Below are positions 19,866 through 28,963 of a stretch of DNA of 64,000 nt, piece after piece. The stretch is from NCBI GenBank assembly GCA_022709755.1, contig JAKLIF010000003.1, positions 157,171-221,170 of the forward strand, given 5' to 3'. The stretch comes from Elusimicrobiota bacterium. Lineage in GTDB: Bacteria > Elusimicrobiota > Elusimicrobia > FEN-1173 > JAKLIF01. Below the pieces are notes generated by a model. It made no database searches, was not told the DNA's origin, and saw only the letters and a program-made list of their open reading frames with translations. Numbering within the stretch: the first letter of the stretch is position 1; every line of letters starts with the position of its first letter. Both the position numbers and the translations under genes were made by a program.

Positions 19866-21800
19866 ATGGATTCTCAACGATCTTCATGTGTTCATCGGTT
19901 CGCCGCCGCATTCGTTGCCGGCGGTTTTTTATTGGGATTTCTGGCCGTTCCCTCCCGGGCCGCCGATACGGGGCAGTTCCAGCTGGTCATCGCCGCGCCG
20001 GACCCTGTCATGGCCGGCGAGAGGGTGCAATTCCAGTCCATCGCGGTCAACAAGGGGACGGCCGTCTGGCGCGCGAAACGCTATTACCTGCAGGCCGAAG
20101 TTTATACCTCCGACAAGATCTATTTGGGACGCACCGAGCGCTTCAAGGGGACCAAGGACATCCGACCGGGAGAGAGTCTCCTCACCACGTTGAGTTTCGA
20201 AGTGCCGCCCAACTACGTCGATAAATACCTGTACAAGGTGTTCGTGGTCCATGACGAGACCCGCGTGCTGGAGAGCGATTTTCAGCCGTTCCAGGTGAAG
20301 GAGCGGCCCATCATCCCTCCCAAACCGCCCGCGATGGCGCTGGGGGGAAACGTGATCGCTTCTTACAAGAACGCCACCGGCGCCGAAGAGTTTGCCGGCA
20401 ACGTATCGGTGAACCTCGTGGGCCGCGCCAAGGAACGAACCTTCCTCTTCAATACCTATACCACGCACGACCCGAACGACAGCATCGATTTCTATACCAT
20501 CCTGCTCAATTATTACGGCCCGTGGGTGACCGCGGGCCTCGGCGATGTGTCCCCGTCGTTCTCGGCCCTGTCGCTCTATGGGCAGGGAATGCGCGGCGCG
20601 TTGGGGGAGACCAAGGCTCACCTGGGGAACGTGGGATGGAACATCAGCGCCGTGGGGGCCCGCGTCGCCGCGGCCGAAGAGGGGTCTTCCACGAGCGACG
20701 GGATCTATCGACGGCTCCTCATGGGAGGAAAGAGCGAATTTCTCCTGCCCGGCCGGTTGGCCGTGAGCCTGAATTATGTGAACGCCTATGACGTGGACTC
20801 GTCTCTCCAGGTCTCCGGCCCCACAGTCAAACCGGTGGACGACAAGGTGATGGGAGGAGGCTTTACCTGGGAGATCTTTCCCCGGGTGAAGATCGGCGGA
20901 GAGTATCAGGGAAGTTCCTATCAGGAGAACAAGCTTTCCACCGTCACCGCCGTGACGGACAGCGCTTGGCGGACCTTCGTCGGGTATGAGGGCGAGAAAC
21001 TCAATATCAACGGGTATGTCCAGCGGACCGGTCCCGATTTCGTCGCCTTGGGGGCCCCGAACGCCACCAAGGACCGCATGACCTATGACGCCGGCCTTTC
21101 CCTGACCCCCGTGGGTTGGTTCAACGTCTACGGATCGTTCAACAGTTACAGCGATAACCTGAGAGACGATCCGTCGGTGGTCACCACCACCCAGCAGATC
21201 ATGAGCAGCGGGATCTCCTTCAACCTTCCGACGCAGACGGGGTTGAATCTCGGCTATTCCGTCAATACCGCCGTGGGCGATCCGCGGACGGCCCAGGATA
21301 ACGAGACGCTCACCAGTTCCGTCGGGCTCTCTCAGACCTTGTGGGGACAGACGGTGTCCCTGTCGTATCAGAGTTCCGAATTCACCGATAAGACGTTGCA
21401 GACCAACGACCTTCTCACCAATACCTTGGGGTCTTCCTTGAACTTGGCTTTGGGCGGTCGGGTGTCGTCATCCATCGGTGTCACCACATCCAGCACTGAA
21501 GACCAGGTCGACGCGTCCGTCCAGGACGTCCAATCGGTGTCGATATCGGTCAACTACGAGATGATCAAGAATAAATTTTATTCGCAGATCTGGGGGACCA
21601 TGAATTCCACCACCGACAACGATCTGGTGAACAAGGCGGACAACCAGACCACCAGCGCCAACCTGGAATTCACAGTGCAGGCCACGGCCAACACGGTGTT
21701 GACCCTGGGGGGATATCAGAATAAGACCAAAGACGTGATCACGCCGACGAACGACACCACGTCCAACGGCATGAACATGCGCGTCTCCTATAGCTTTTAA
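19866..21800 (+). CDS. Putative outer-membrane beta-barrel protein with an N-terminal Ig-like domain.
   Basis: Signal peptide MDSQRSSCVHRFAAAFVAGGFLLGFLAVPSRA-AD. Long stretch of alternating-hydrophobic beta-strand sequence rich in G/S/T/N/Y, ending in ...MNMRVSYSF (terminal Phe is typical of OMP barrels). In-frame upstream GTG 19830 and ATG 19833 are also possible starts. Confidence 0.55.
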   Translation: MDSQRSSCVHRFAAAFVAGGFLLGFLAVPSRAADTGQFQLVIAAPDPVMAGERVQFQSIAVNKGTAVWRAKRYYLQAEVYTSDKIYLGRTERFKGTKDIRPGESLLTTLSFEVPPNYVDKYLYKVFVVHDETRVLESDFQPFQVKERPIIPPKPPAMALGGNVIASYKNATGAEEFAGNVSVNLVGRAKERTFLFNTYTTHDPNDSIDFYTILLNYYGPWVTAGLGDVSPSFSALSLYGQGMRGALGETKAHLGNVGWNISAVGARVAAAEEGSSTSDGIYRRLLMGGKSEFLLPGRLAVSLNYVNAYDVDSSLQVSGPTVKPVDDKVMGGGFTWEIFPRVKIGGEYQGSSYQENKLSTVTAVTDSAWRTFVGYEGEKLNINGYVQRTGPDFVALGAPNATKDRMTYDAGLSLTPVGWFNVYGSFNSYSDNLRDDPSVVTTTQQIMSSGISFNLPTQTGLNLGYSVNTAVGDPRTAQDNETLTSSVGLSQTLWGQTVSLSYQSSEFTDKTLQTNDLLTNTLGSSLNLALGGRVSSSIGVTTSSTEDQVDASVQDVQSVSISVNYEMIKNKFYSQIWGTMNSTTDNDLVNKADNQTTSANLEFTVQATANTVLTLGGYQNKTKDVITPTNDTTSNGMNMRVSYSF

Positions 21801-21805
21801 GCCGC

Positions 21806-21813
21806 CCCCCCCC
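21806..21813 (+). repeat. C8 homopolymer immediately upstream of the pepN start codon, in the RBS position, and 5 nt after the OMP stop codon.
   Basis: Reading gives taa-gccg-cccccccc-atg at 21798-21816. Confidence 0.85.
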
Positions 21814-24261
21814 ATGATTTATTCCGATGAGAATCAAGAGAACCGCCGGACGCTGTCCGGCCTTTTTTTTGATTCCCGTTTCGTCCTCAAGGGAACCCGC
21901 CCCCAATACGCGTCCGACCGCTCGTTCCGCACGGAACATATCCGTCTGGAGTTGGACCTTGATTTCCCCAAGAAAACGCTGAACGGCAGTTGTCTGACCG
22001 ACCTCAGGGCTATCGTCGATCAGGCCGGCACCGTCTCGTTCGATGCCGTCAATTTCAAGATCCTGGGGGTGGACTGGGAGGGCCGTCTCCTGAGACATCG
22101 TTACGACGGACGACGGCTTGACGTCACTCTGCCGAAACCGCTCGAGGCCGGGGCCCGCGTGTCGATCCGTATTCGTTACAGGGTCGTCAAACCCGTTCTG
22201 GGATTGTTTTTCGTCGGTCCGGACAAGGCCTATCCGTCGAAACCCATTCAAGCATGGACACAGGGAGAGGATGAATATGCCCGTTATTGGTTCCCCTGCC
22301 AGGACGCCCCCCGGGAGCGCACGACCACCGAGATGCTCGTCACCGTCCCATCCGACATGACGGCCGTGTCGAACGGGGCTTTGGTCCGGATCCAATCCGT
22401 TCCGTCGAAGAACAAGAGGTTATTCCACTGGAAGCAGTCCGTTCCCCATCCCCCGTATCTGGTCAGCCTGGTCGCCGGCCGTTTGAGTGTCATCAGGGAT
22501 CATTGGAAGAAAGTGCCGGTGCTCTATTATTGTCCGCCGGGACGGGAAGACGATGCCCGCCGGTCTTTCGGAAAAACCCCGACGATGATCGATTTCTTCA
22601 GCCGGTCGCTCGGCGTCCCCTATCCCTATGCCAAATACGCTCAGGTGGCCGCGGTGGATTTTATCTATGGGGGGATGGAGAACTCCAGTGCCACGACCCA
22701 GACGGCGTTCACGCTTCACGATGAGCGGGCGCATATGGATTTTTCGAGCGATCCTTTGGTGGCCCACGAACTGGCCCACCAGTGGTTCGGCGATTGGATC
22801 ACCTGCAAGGATTGGTCCCATGCCTGGCTCAACGAGAGTTTCGCCACCTATTTCGAGGCCCTCTATAAGGAACACGATCTGGGGAAGGACGAGTTCCTTT
22901 ATCTCATGAGGGAGAACGCCGAGGCTTATTTTTCCGAGGATAAGGAGCACTATCGCCGCCCCATGGTCACGCGGGTGTATAAACAGCCCGGAGACCTGTT
23001 CGATCGGCACCTCTATGAGAAGGGGGCCTGCATCCTGCACATGGTCCGTTATCTGCTGGGGGACCGGCTGTTCTGGAAGGCCATGCACACGTATGTGGTG
23101 GATCATCAGGGGTCCACCGTCGAGACGGTCGACCTGGTGAACGCTCTGCAGAAAAGCACGGGGCGCGATTTCTGGAGATTTTTCGACGAATGGATCCATC
23201 GGTCCGGTCATCCGGAATATAAAGTGAGGTTCTGGTGGGAAGCCCGCAGGAAAGAAATGTGTGTGCGCGTGGTTCAGACCCAGAACAGCGAGACGGAGAC
23301 GGGATTGTTCTCCCTGCCCGTGGTGTTCTCGTTCCGGACGTCAACGGGTGAGAAGCGATTCACCGAGACCGTCGAGAAGAGGGACCATCTCTTCCGCTTC
23401 AAGCTCTCGGAAAAGCCGGATTTGTTCCTGTTCGACCCGGAACAGTGGATCCTCAAGAAGATGGATATCGTGAAACCGGAATCCATGTGGATCGTCCAGT
23501 TGTCGTCGGATCCGAATGTCCTCGGTCGAATCGATGCGGCGAAAGTCTTGGGTCAATACGGCAGTCAGAGGGCGACGGAGGCATTGTCCAAGGCCCTTTT
23601 AGAGGAGGGATTCTGGGGGGTTCAATCCGCCGTGGCGGCGGCTCTGGGCCGGATCCATTCGCGCAAGGCCTTCGAGGGGTTACGGGCCGGCCTTCAGGAC
23701 GTGGAACATCCCAAGGCGCGGCGCGCCATCATCGAGGCGTTGGGGGAATTCCGCGATCAGAGGTTGATGATGGATCTGCGCGAGATGGCTTCGTCGGAGA
23801 AGAGCTATTTCTGCGCGGCCGAATGTCTCCGTTCTCTCGGCAAAATGGGGGACCCTTCCGTCCTGATCGATCTGAAAAAGGCGCTCCAGCGGGAATCATG
23901 GAACGACGTGTTCCGCGTGGCCGCCTTGAACGGGATCGCCCGGTTGAACCCGCCCGAGGCGGTGGGTCTTTTCCGGGAGTATTCCGCGTATGGGTGTTCC
24001 ATCCAGGTCCGCCGGACGGCGATCCAATGTCTCGCTCGGATCGGACTCGGACTCGACGAGGTGCAGGAATATCTCCTCACCCTGCTTCAGGATCCGTCCA
24101 TCTCCATCCAGTTGGAAACGCTTCGCGCTCTCGGCCAACTCGGCGATGAACGCGCGGTGCCCGCCCTCCGGAAGATGTCCACCGGGGATCGTGACGGACG
24201 CATCAAGCGTCTGGCCGATGAAGTCCTCCAGAAGATCACCAAAGGCATCGAAAAGATCTGA
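21814..24261 (+). CDS. pepN: M1-family zinc aminopeptidase (aminopeptidase N-like) with a C-terminal HEAT/PBS-lyase-like repeat region.
   Basis: GGMEN exopeptidase motif (GGMENSSATTQ). Zinc motif HELAHQWFGD...WLNESFATYFE (HExxH-x18-E). Confidence 0.9.
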   Translation: MIYSDENQENRRTLSGLFFDSRFVLKGTRPQYASDRSFRTEHIRLELDLDFPKKTLNGSCLTDLRAIVDQAGTVSFDAVNFKILGVDWEGRLLRHRYDGRRLDVTLPKPLEAGARVSIRIRYRVVKPVLGLFFVGPDKAYPSKPIQAWTQGEDEYARYWFPCQDAPRERTTTEMLVTVPSDMTAVSNGALVRIQSVPSKNKRLFHWKQSVPHPPYLVSLVAGRLSVIRDHWKKVPVLYYCPPGREDDARRSFGKTPTMIDFFSRSLGVPYPYAKYAQVAAVDFIYGGMENSSATTQTAFTLHDERAHMDFSSDPLVAHELAHQWFGDWITCKDWSHAWLNESFATYFEALYKEHDLGKDEFLYLMRENAEAYFSEDKEHYRRPMVTRVYKQPGDLFDRHLYEKGACILHMVRYLLGDRLFWKAMHTYVVDHQGSTVETVDLVNALQKSTGRDFWRFFDEWIHRSGHPEYKVRFWWEARRKEMCVRVVQTQNSETETGLFSLPVVFSFRTSTGEKRFTETVEKRDHLFRFKLSEKPDLFLFDPEQWILKKMDIVKPESMWIVQLSSDPNVLGRIDAAKVLGQYGSQRATEALSKALLEEGFWGVQSAVAAALGRIHSRKAFEGLRAGLQDVEHPKARRAIIEALGEFRDQRLMMDLREMASSEKSYFCAAECLRSLGKMGDPSVLIDLKKALQRESWNDVFRVAALNGIARLNPPEAVGLFREYSAYGCSIQVRRTAIQCLARIGLGLDEVQEYLLTLLQDPSISIQLETLRALGQLGDERAVPALRKMSTGDRDGRIKRLADEVLQKITKGIEKI

Positions 24262-24338
24262 ACCGTCGGGGCGATGGGATGATGATCTCCCGGCCGCGAT
24301 TTTCTAACCCCTCTTTTTAAACTAGAATATCTCCTGTC

Positions 24339-25703
24339 ATGCCGGCCAAAACAAAACACACCAGTGACGAGGCTGTCCTCACCATCAGCCAGGTCAACCA
24401 GCAGATCGCCCGGGTCCTTCAGGACGGGTTCCCTGAGCCGTTCTGGATCGTGGGGGAACTGCAGGGGTACGACCGTGATATCGTCAAAGCCGGCACCCGG
24501 CGGTGGAGGCAGGTCTATTTCGAGTTGATCGAGAAGGAGACCGATTCCGACACGGCCAAGGCTTCCGTCAAGGCCCTCATGTGGGGGAGCGTCCTCTCCG
24601 AGATCATGGATAAATTGAAGGGGACCTCAGAAAAGTTGTCTCTGCAGGACGGGTTGAAGGTGAAATTCTTATGTTCGGTGGACTTCTATTGGCCCCGGGC
24701 CAGCCTTCAGTTGAAAGTGCACGACGTGGACCCTCACTTCACTCTGGGAGACATGGAGCGGGCTCGCCAGGAACTGCTTAAACTCCTCAAGGAACAGGGG
24801 CTTTACGACCGGAACAGATCGACGGAATTCCCACGGGTTCCTCAGAACATCGGTCTCATCACATCCGACGGGAGCGCCGCTTATCATGACTTCCTGGATG
24901 AATTGAAATCGTCCGGGTATTCTTTCCGGATCAAACTCTGGGACGCCCGGATGCAGGGGGAGGACACGGAGAAGAGCGTGTGCCGGGGAATTGAGATTTT
25001 ATCGGGCGATACGGAGGTGGATGTGATCATCGTCATCCGCGGGGGCGGGTCGCGGTCCGACCTGATCTGGTTCGATAAAAAGGCCATCGCGCTGTCCATC
25101 GCCGGTTGCCCTAAACCCGTCGTGACGGGCATCGGGCATGAAATCGACCTGTCCGTGGCGGACCTCGTGGCTCATACATATCAAAAAACGCCCACGGCCG
25201 TGGCCCAGTTCTTGATCGGGAAATTTCGGGATTTCGAGACAGCCTTGCAGGAGGGGGGGGCGCGCATCGTCGAGTTCGTGCGGGAGCGGATGGGCGGGGA
25301 GAGAGAGGAACTCACGCGTTCCGTCGAGACGTGGCGGGGCGTCTCCATGCGGTTGTTGGAGAGGCACCGGGCGCGGCTCTCGGAGGCCACGCAGGGGGTG
25401 TCCCTGGGGGCTCGTCGGCATGTGGAACAGTGGTATCAGCGCTTCCGGACCGCTTTCGAAAACGTCCGCCGGAAAGCGGCGGAAGAGTTGCGCGTCCACC
25501 GGGAACGGCTGGTCGCGCTGAAGAAAGAGTGCGATCTGAAGGACCCCCGGCGGTTGTTGGAAAGGGGTTACAGTCTTCTGACGGCGGATGGACGGATCGT
25601 GAAGAGCCTCGAACAGGTCTCCTCGGGAACGGAGTTGGAGGCCCAGGTGAGAGACGGATTCATTGCGGCGCGGGTGACCTCAAAAAGAAAGGGTGTGTCA
25701 TGA
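24339..25703 (+). CDS. xseA: Exodeoxyribonuclease VII large subunit.
   Basis: N-terminal OB-fold. Conserved IGLITSDGSAAYHDFL and IVIRGGGSRSDLIWFD motifs. Stop overlaps the xseB start (ATGA). Confidence 0.9.
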   Translation: MPAKTKHTSDEAVLTISQVNQQIARVLQDGFPEPFWIVGELQGYDRDIVKAGTRRWRQVYFELIEKETDSDTAKASVKALMWGSVLSEIMDKLKGTSEKLSLQDGLKVKFLCSVDFYWPRASLQLKVHDVDPHFTLGDMERARQELLKLLKEQGLYDRNRSTEFPRVPQNIGLITSDGSAAYHDFLDELKSSGYSFRIKLWDARMQGEDTEKSVCRGIEILSGDTEVDVIIVIRGGGSRSDLIWFDKKAIALSIAGCPKPVVTGIGHEIDLSVADLVAHTYQKTPTAVAQFLIGKFRDFETALQEGGARIVEFVRERMGGEREELTRSVETWRGVSMRLLERHRARLSEATQGVSLGARRHVEQWYQRFRTAFENVRRKAAEELRVHRERLVALKKECDLKDPRRLLERGYSLLTADGRIVKSLEQVSSGTELEAQVRDGFIAARVTSKRKGVS

Positions 25704-25993
25704 AAAAAACAACGGATAAGGCGACGAACTATTCCTCCTCATACGAGGAACTTCAACAGATCTTGCAGGCTTTGGAGCAGGGGGAGATCGACGTGGACGA
25801 ACTCTCCGTCAAGGTGAAGCGCGCGGCGGAATTGATCGAATTCTGCCAGAGCCGTCTCAAGGAGACCGAAGTCGAAGTGAAGAAGGTGATCGATCGGTTT
25901 GAAAAAGCGCAGTCCGGTCCCGTTGATCTAGATGAGGAGGACGCGGCGGGGCCTTCCTCGAAGACCGAAAAGTCGGTGGACCTTCCTTTTTAG
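25700..25993 (+). CDS. xseB: Exodeoxyribonuclease VII small subunit.
   Basis: MKKTTDKATNYSSSYEELQQILQALEQGEIDVDELSVKVKRAAELIEFCQSRLKETEVEVKKV is a typical XseB helical hairpin. The true start is the ATG overlapping the xseA stop. The longer track ORF from 25331 is an upstream extension. Confidence 0.85.
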   Translation: MKKTTDKATNYSSSYEELQQILQALEQGEIDVDELSVKVKRAAELIEFCQSRLKETEVEVKKVIDRFEKAQSGPVDLDEEDAAGPSSKTEKSVDLPF

Positions 25994-26008
25994 GGGGAAT
26001 GATTCGGA

Positions 26009-27673
26009 TTGTCGGGTCGTGTCTCCCCGCCCCGTGGTGATCCCATGCTTATGAGGCGGATCAATCTTCTCCCGCTGTTCCATGAGGCCCTTGCCCCGGT
26101 CTTGCTCGTCGGGATCCATGCCACCTATTGTTTTTTTACTCTCTGGCAGACGCGTTTCCTCCTGTTGGCCAACGCAAACCCGTTCGTCTATCTGAAGTTC
26201 GTCTATGAGTGGGCGAGAGCCCCCTTCCTTTTTCTGCAGGGAAACACCTTCCCGGCATTGCCATTGATGACCTATGGCGTGTTCATGAAGATGTTCTCCT
26301 ATGATTACAGTTTTGCATTCGCGGCCACAGAGATATTTGTCAGTTCGCTGGGAGTCTTTTTGCTTTACAGGATATGTCGAGAGCTGGATTTCCCGCCATT
26401 CATGTCGTTTTTGGTGGTATTTTCTTCCATCGTCCATGTCGATCACTTTTATAATGCCACGGCATCGGCGTATAACGACAATTTCTTCCTCACGGCGACC
26501 TTCCTGTCTGTTTGGGGGTGGCTGCGGTACGTCCGGACGCGTTCTGTCCGATATATGTATGTGAGCGCCGTGGGGGCCTGTTTGACGTCGATGAGCCGAT
26601 GGGAAGGTTTGATCCTCCCGCTCCTGTTCTATGTATTCCTATTGCATGACCATGTGGCGTCGAAGATAGACAGAGGGGCCCTGTTCCTGCACCGGATTGT
26701 CGCCGGGGTCTTGGCCGGGTTCTATGGGGCCGTCCTGCTGGGGACGGCGGGTTCTGGTATGCTCCAGGCCCAGGTGAGCGGATACCAGCATATATTCCAG
26801 CAACAGGCCTCTTTGGTCATATTCTTTCAGGAATTGTTCTGTCGTCCGCAAAGAACGGTGATCATATTTCTGTCCGTCACCGTCCTCGCATCGTATCTCA
26901 TTCTCTCTCCCCGATCGGTGAATCGTTCCGTATGGAAGTATTATTTGCTTTATCCGGCCACACTGTTTTTAGCGTACCTTGTTTTTACGATGCTTGAATA
27001 TGGGACGCCAAAATCGCACCTATGGTATTATTTTGCCTTGAGTTTCCCGATCCTGTTCATGCCGGTCCAATTTTATCGGGAGACAGCGGGTTCAGGGGCG
27101 ACCCGTCTTTCATTATCGTGGATGGGCAGGGCCTTTTTGAGAACACTCTACCCCCTGTCGATCGTGCTATATTTCCTTTATAGTTTTAACCGGGATGTTC
27201 GGGCGGAGCCCTCGGCCCCCGTGGTGCTTGCGCCGATAGAAAAGGTCGGGGTGTGCATTAAATCGTTATGGAGGCATGGGGTTATTCGGGAGGAGGAGAA
27301 GATCGCGGTGTTCTTTCTTCATAAACCGTCGGATCGACGAGCGGCGCCGTATAATCTGCTGGGGTTTTATTTTTTCAAAACCCCGGAGCATATTCATCTG
27401 CGGGACATCATCGGCGACGAGGGGAACATCCCCTCGTCGGGCCCGGGGGGCGTTTCAGTGACGGAGGAATTGATAGGGGAGGTCGTGAGCCAACACCGGT
27501 ATAAGTATATATTGACTTATGCGGACGATGTTCGGGTTCCGCACATCACGGGAGCCGTCCTTCATGCGGAAACGGAGAATTTTAAACTATACTATCTGCC
27601 GAGTGTCGGATCGGCGGATCTGGTTCCCCTGCCGAAGGGAAAAAAGGATCAGGTGTTCTCTCTTTTCCAGTGA
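26009..27673 (+). CDS. Polytopic integral membrane protein (at least 10 predicted TM helices), function unknown. Possibly a GT-C-like or polymerase-like membrane enzyme.
   Basis: Hydrophobic helices throughout, e.g. LAPVLLVGIHATYCFF, FLVVFSSIVHV, LVIFFQELF and LFLAYLVFTMLEY. TTG start at 26009 is preceded by AGGGGG. Alternative ATG at 26045. Confidence 0.6.
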   Translation: MSGRVSPPRGDPMLMRRINLLPLFHEALAPVLLVGIHATYCFFTLWQTRFLLLANANPFVYLKFVYEWARAPFLFLQGNTFPALPLMTYGVFMKMFSYDYSFAFAATEIFVSSLGVFLLYRICRELDFPPFMSFLVVFSSIVHVDHFYNATASAYNDNFFLTATFLSVWGWLRYVRTRSVRYMYVSAVGACLTSMSRWEGLILPLLFYVFLLHDHVASKIDRGALFLHRIVAGVLAGFYGAVLLGTAGSGMLQAQVSGYQHIFQQQASLVIFFQELFCRPQRTVIIFLSVTVLASYLILSPRSVNRSVWKYYLLYPATLFLAYLVFTMLEYGTPKSHLWYYFALSFPILFMPVQFYRETAGSGATRLSLSWMGRAFLRTLYPLSIVLYFLYSFNRDVRAEPSAPVVLAPIEKVGVCIKSLWRHGVIREEEKIAVFFLHKPSDRRAAPYNLLGFYFFKTPEHIHLRDIIGDEGNIPSSGPGGVSVTEELIGEVVSQHRYKYILTYADDVRVPHITGAVLHAETENFKLYYLPSVGSADLVPLPKGKKDQVFSLFQ

Positions 27674-27835
27674 GTCGATGATCGTGCCGATGACTGATCG
27701 GCTTGATCGAACTCATCATCAACGAGGGCCCCGTTTGTCCGTGGGGATTGACGATTTGAGAACGATTCGGCGTGCCCGACGAAAGAGCCGTGAACTCCGC
27801 TGGGGCGTCGCCGGGGATCTTGGGATGTTGATCCC

Positions 27836-28807
27836 ATGGATTCTGCCCATCCCCTTTGTCTGAACGATATGGATACGATTAAACCGAACCGACAGCGGAA
27901 AGATTTTCCGCCATACAAGCGTTTCTTTACCTGGGACATCCACCACGCCTGCAATTACCGGTGTTCATACTGTTTTTTCCATGAGACATGGGGTGACGAG
28001 GAGAAGAAGAACGTTTATCCCGGATTGGACCGGCTCATGCGCATCTGGGATGACATCTATGATAAATACGGGGAATCTCATGTGCATGTGTCGGGAGGCG
28101 AGCCGTTCTTTTATCCCGGTTTCATCGACCTGGTCGCCCATCTCATCCAGAAACATACCTTCGAAGTCGACACGAATCTTTCATTTGACGTTGCCGAATG
28201 GATCAGGCGGATCCCTCCCGAAAGAACGAAACTCGATGTGACTTTCCATCCCCAATTCGCCGACCTCGATGAGTTTTATTCGAAGGCGAAAGCGCTGAAG
28301 GACGCCCACTATGACATCGGGGTGAATTATGTGGCTTTCCCCGAGCAGTTGTCTCAGATGAAACAATTCAGGCAGGTTTTCGTCGAGAACGGCCTCTCCT
28401 TCGACATCATGCCGTTCCGCGGAAAATATCAGGGAAGGGACTATCCGCAGGGATATACCGACTCGGAAAAAGAGATGATCCGTCAATGCGATCCTCGGAC
28501 GGCGTCGCGCATGCTGTCCGCATTCGATCAAAAGAAAACCCCGGAATCCTTGAACCCCCATGCGGGGAAGCTGTGCCGTATGGGGCAGATGTACGCCAAG
28601 ATCATGCCCGATGGGACGGTCTCCCGCTGTTGTCATCACCGCCATTCGCCGCTCATCGGGAACCTTCTCGATGGGACGTTCGTGTTTTATGAGGAGGCAA
28701 AGACGTGCCCGGAGACGCAGTGTTCTTGCTGGATCCCGATGGTTGTGGAACAGGAAAAAAATTGGAATTCCCATTGGATTTCTCCGAACGAGAGGAAGAA
28801 AAGGTAA
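27836..28807 (+). CDS. Radical SAM enzyme with a Cys-rich SPASM/twitch-like C-terminal domain.
   Basis: CNYRCSYC (Cx3Cx2C) follows FTWDIHHA. Glycine-rich SAM motif VHVSGGEPFFYP. C-terminal CRMGQ...SRCCHHRHS...CPETQCSCW provides seven Cys for auxiliary cluster(s). Alternative start ATG 27869. Confidence 0.8.
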   Translation: MDSAHPLCLNDMDTIKPNRQRKDFPPYKRFFTWDIHHACNYRCSYCFFHETWGDEEKKNVYPGLDRLMRIWDDIYDKYGESHVHVSGGEPFFYPGFIDLVAHLIQKHTFEVDTNLSFDVAEWIRRIPPERTKLDVTFHPQFADLDEFYSKAKALKDAHYDIGVNYVAFPEQLSQMKQFRQVFVENGLSFDIMPFRGKYQGRDYPQGYTDSEKEMIRQCDPRTASRMLSAFDQKKTPESLNPHAGKLCRMGQMYAKIMPDGTVSRCCHHRHSPLIGNLLDGTFVFYEEAKTCPETQCSCWIPMVVEQEKNWNSHWISPNERKKR

Positions 28808-28847
28808 CAGTCCGCCGCTTCTCGGTAATCCAGCCCAAAGTGGCCCT

Positions 28848-28876
28848 TCCCCCGGCTTTCGCAGAGGGGTTTTTTC
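28848..28876 (+). terminator. Weak intrinsic-terminator-like hairpin (CCCCCGG...loop...GCAGAGGGG followed by TTTTTT) downstream of the radical SAM gene.
   Basis: GC stem plus a T6 run at 28870-28875. The stem is short and imperfect. Confidence 0.25.
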
Positions 28877-28963
28877 GCCAGTCTGTCTCCGTTAAATTAT
28901 GTAAAATAATAGCCCTTGGAAGCGGGGCCGTCGCGCTCCGGAGTGGGGGTATTGAGAGTTTTC

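Noticed and set aside
25253-25260. G8 homopolymer inside xseA (encoding EGGA).
   Set aside because: It is shorter than the G10 tract and sits in a housekeeping gene. It is more likely incidental in a GC-rich genome than a contingency switch.
25331-25993. 220-aa track ORF spanning the xseA 3' end and xseB.
   Set aside because: Only the last 97 codons (from ATG 25700, which overlaps the xseA stop) resemble XseB. The upstream part lies in an alternate frame of xseA.
27678-27863. 61-codon ORF (MIVPMTDRLDRT...GMLIPWILPIPFV) upstream of and overlapping the radical SAM gene, considered as a RiPP precursor.
   Set aside because: It has no Cys or other typical crosslink residues, no RBS and no leader-like features, and it overlaps the radical SAM start. 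I mention it only as a long shot under the radical SAM finding.
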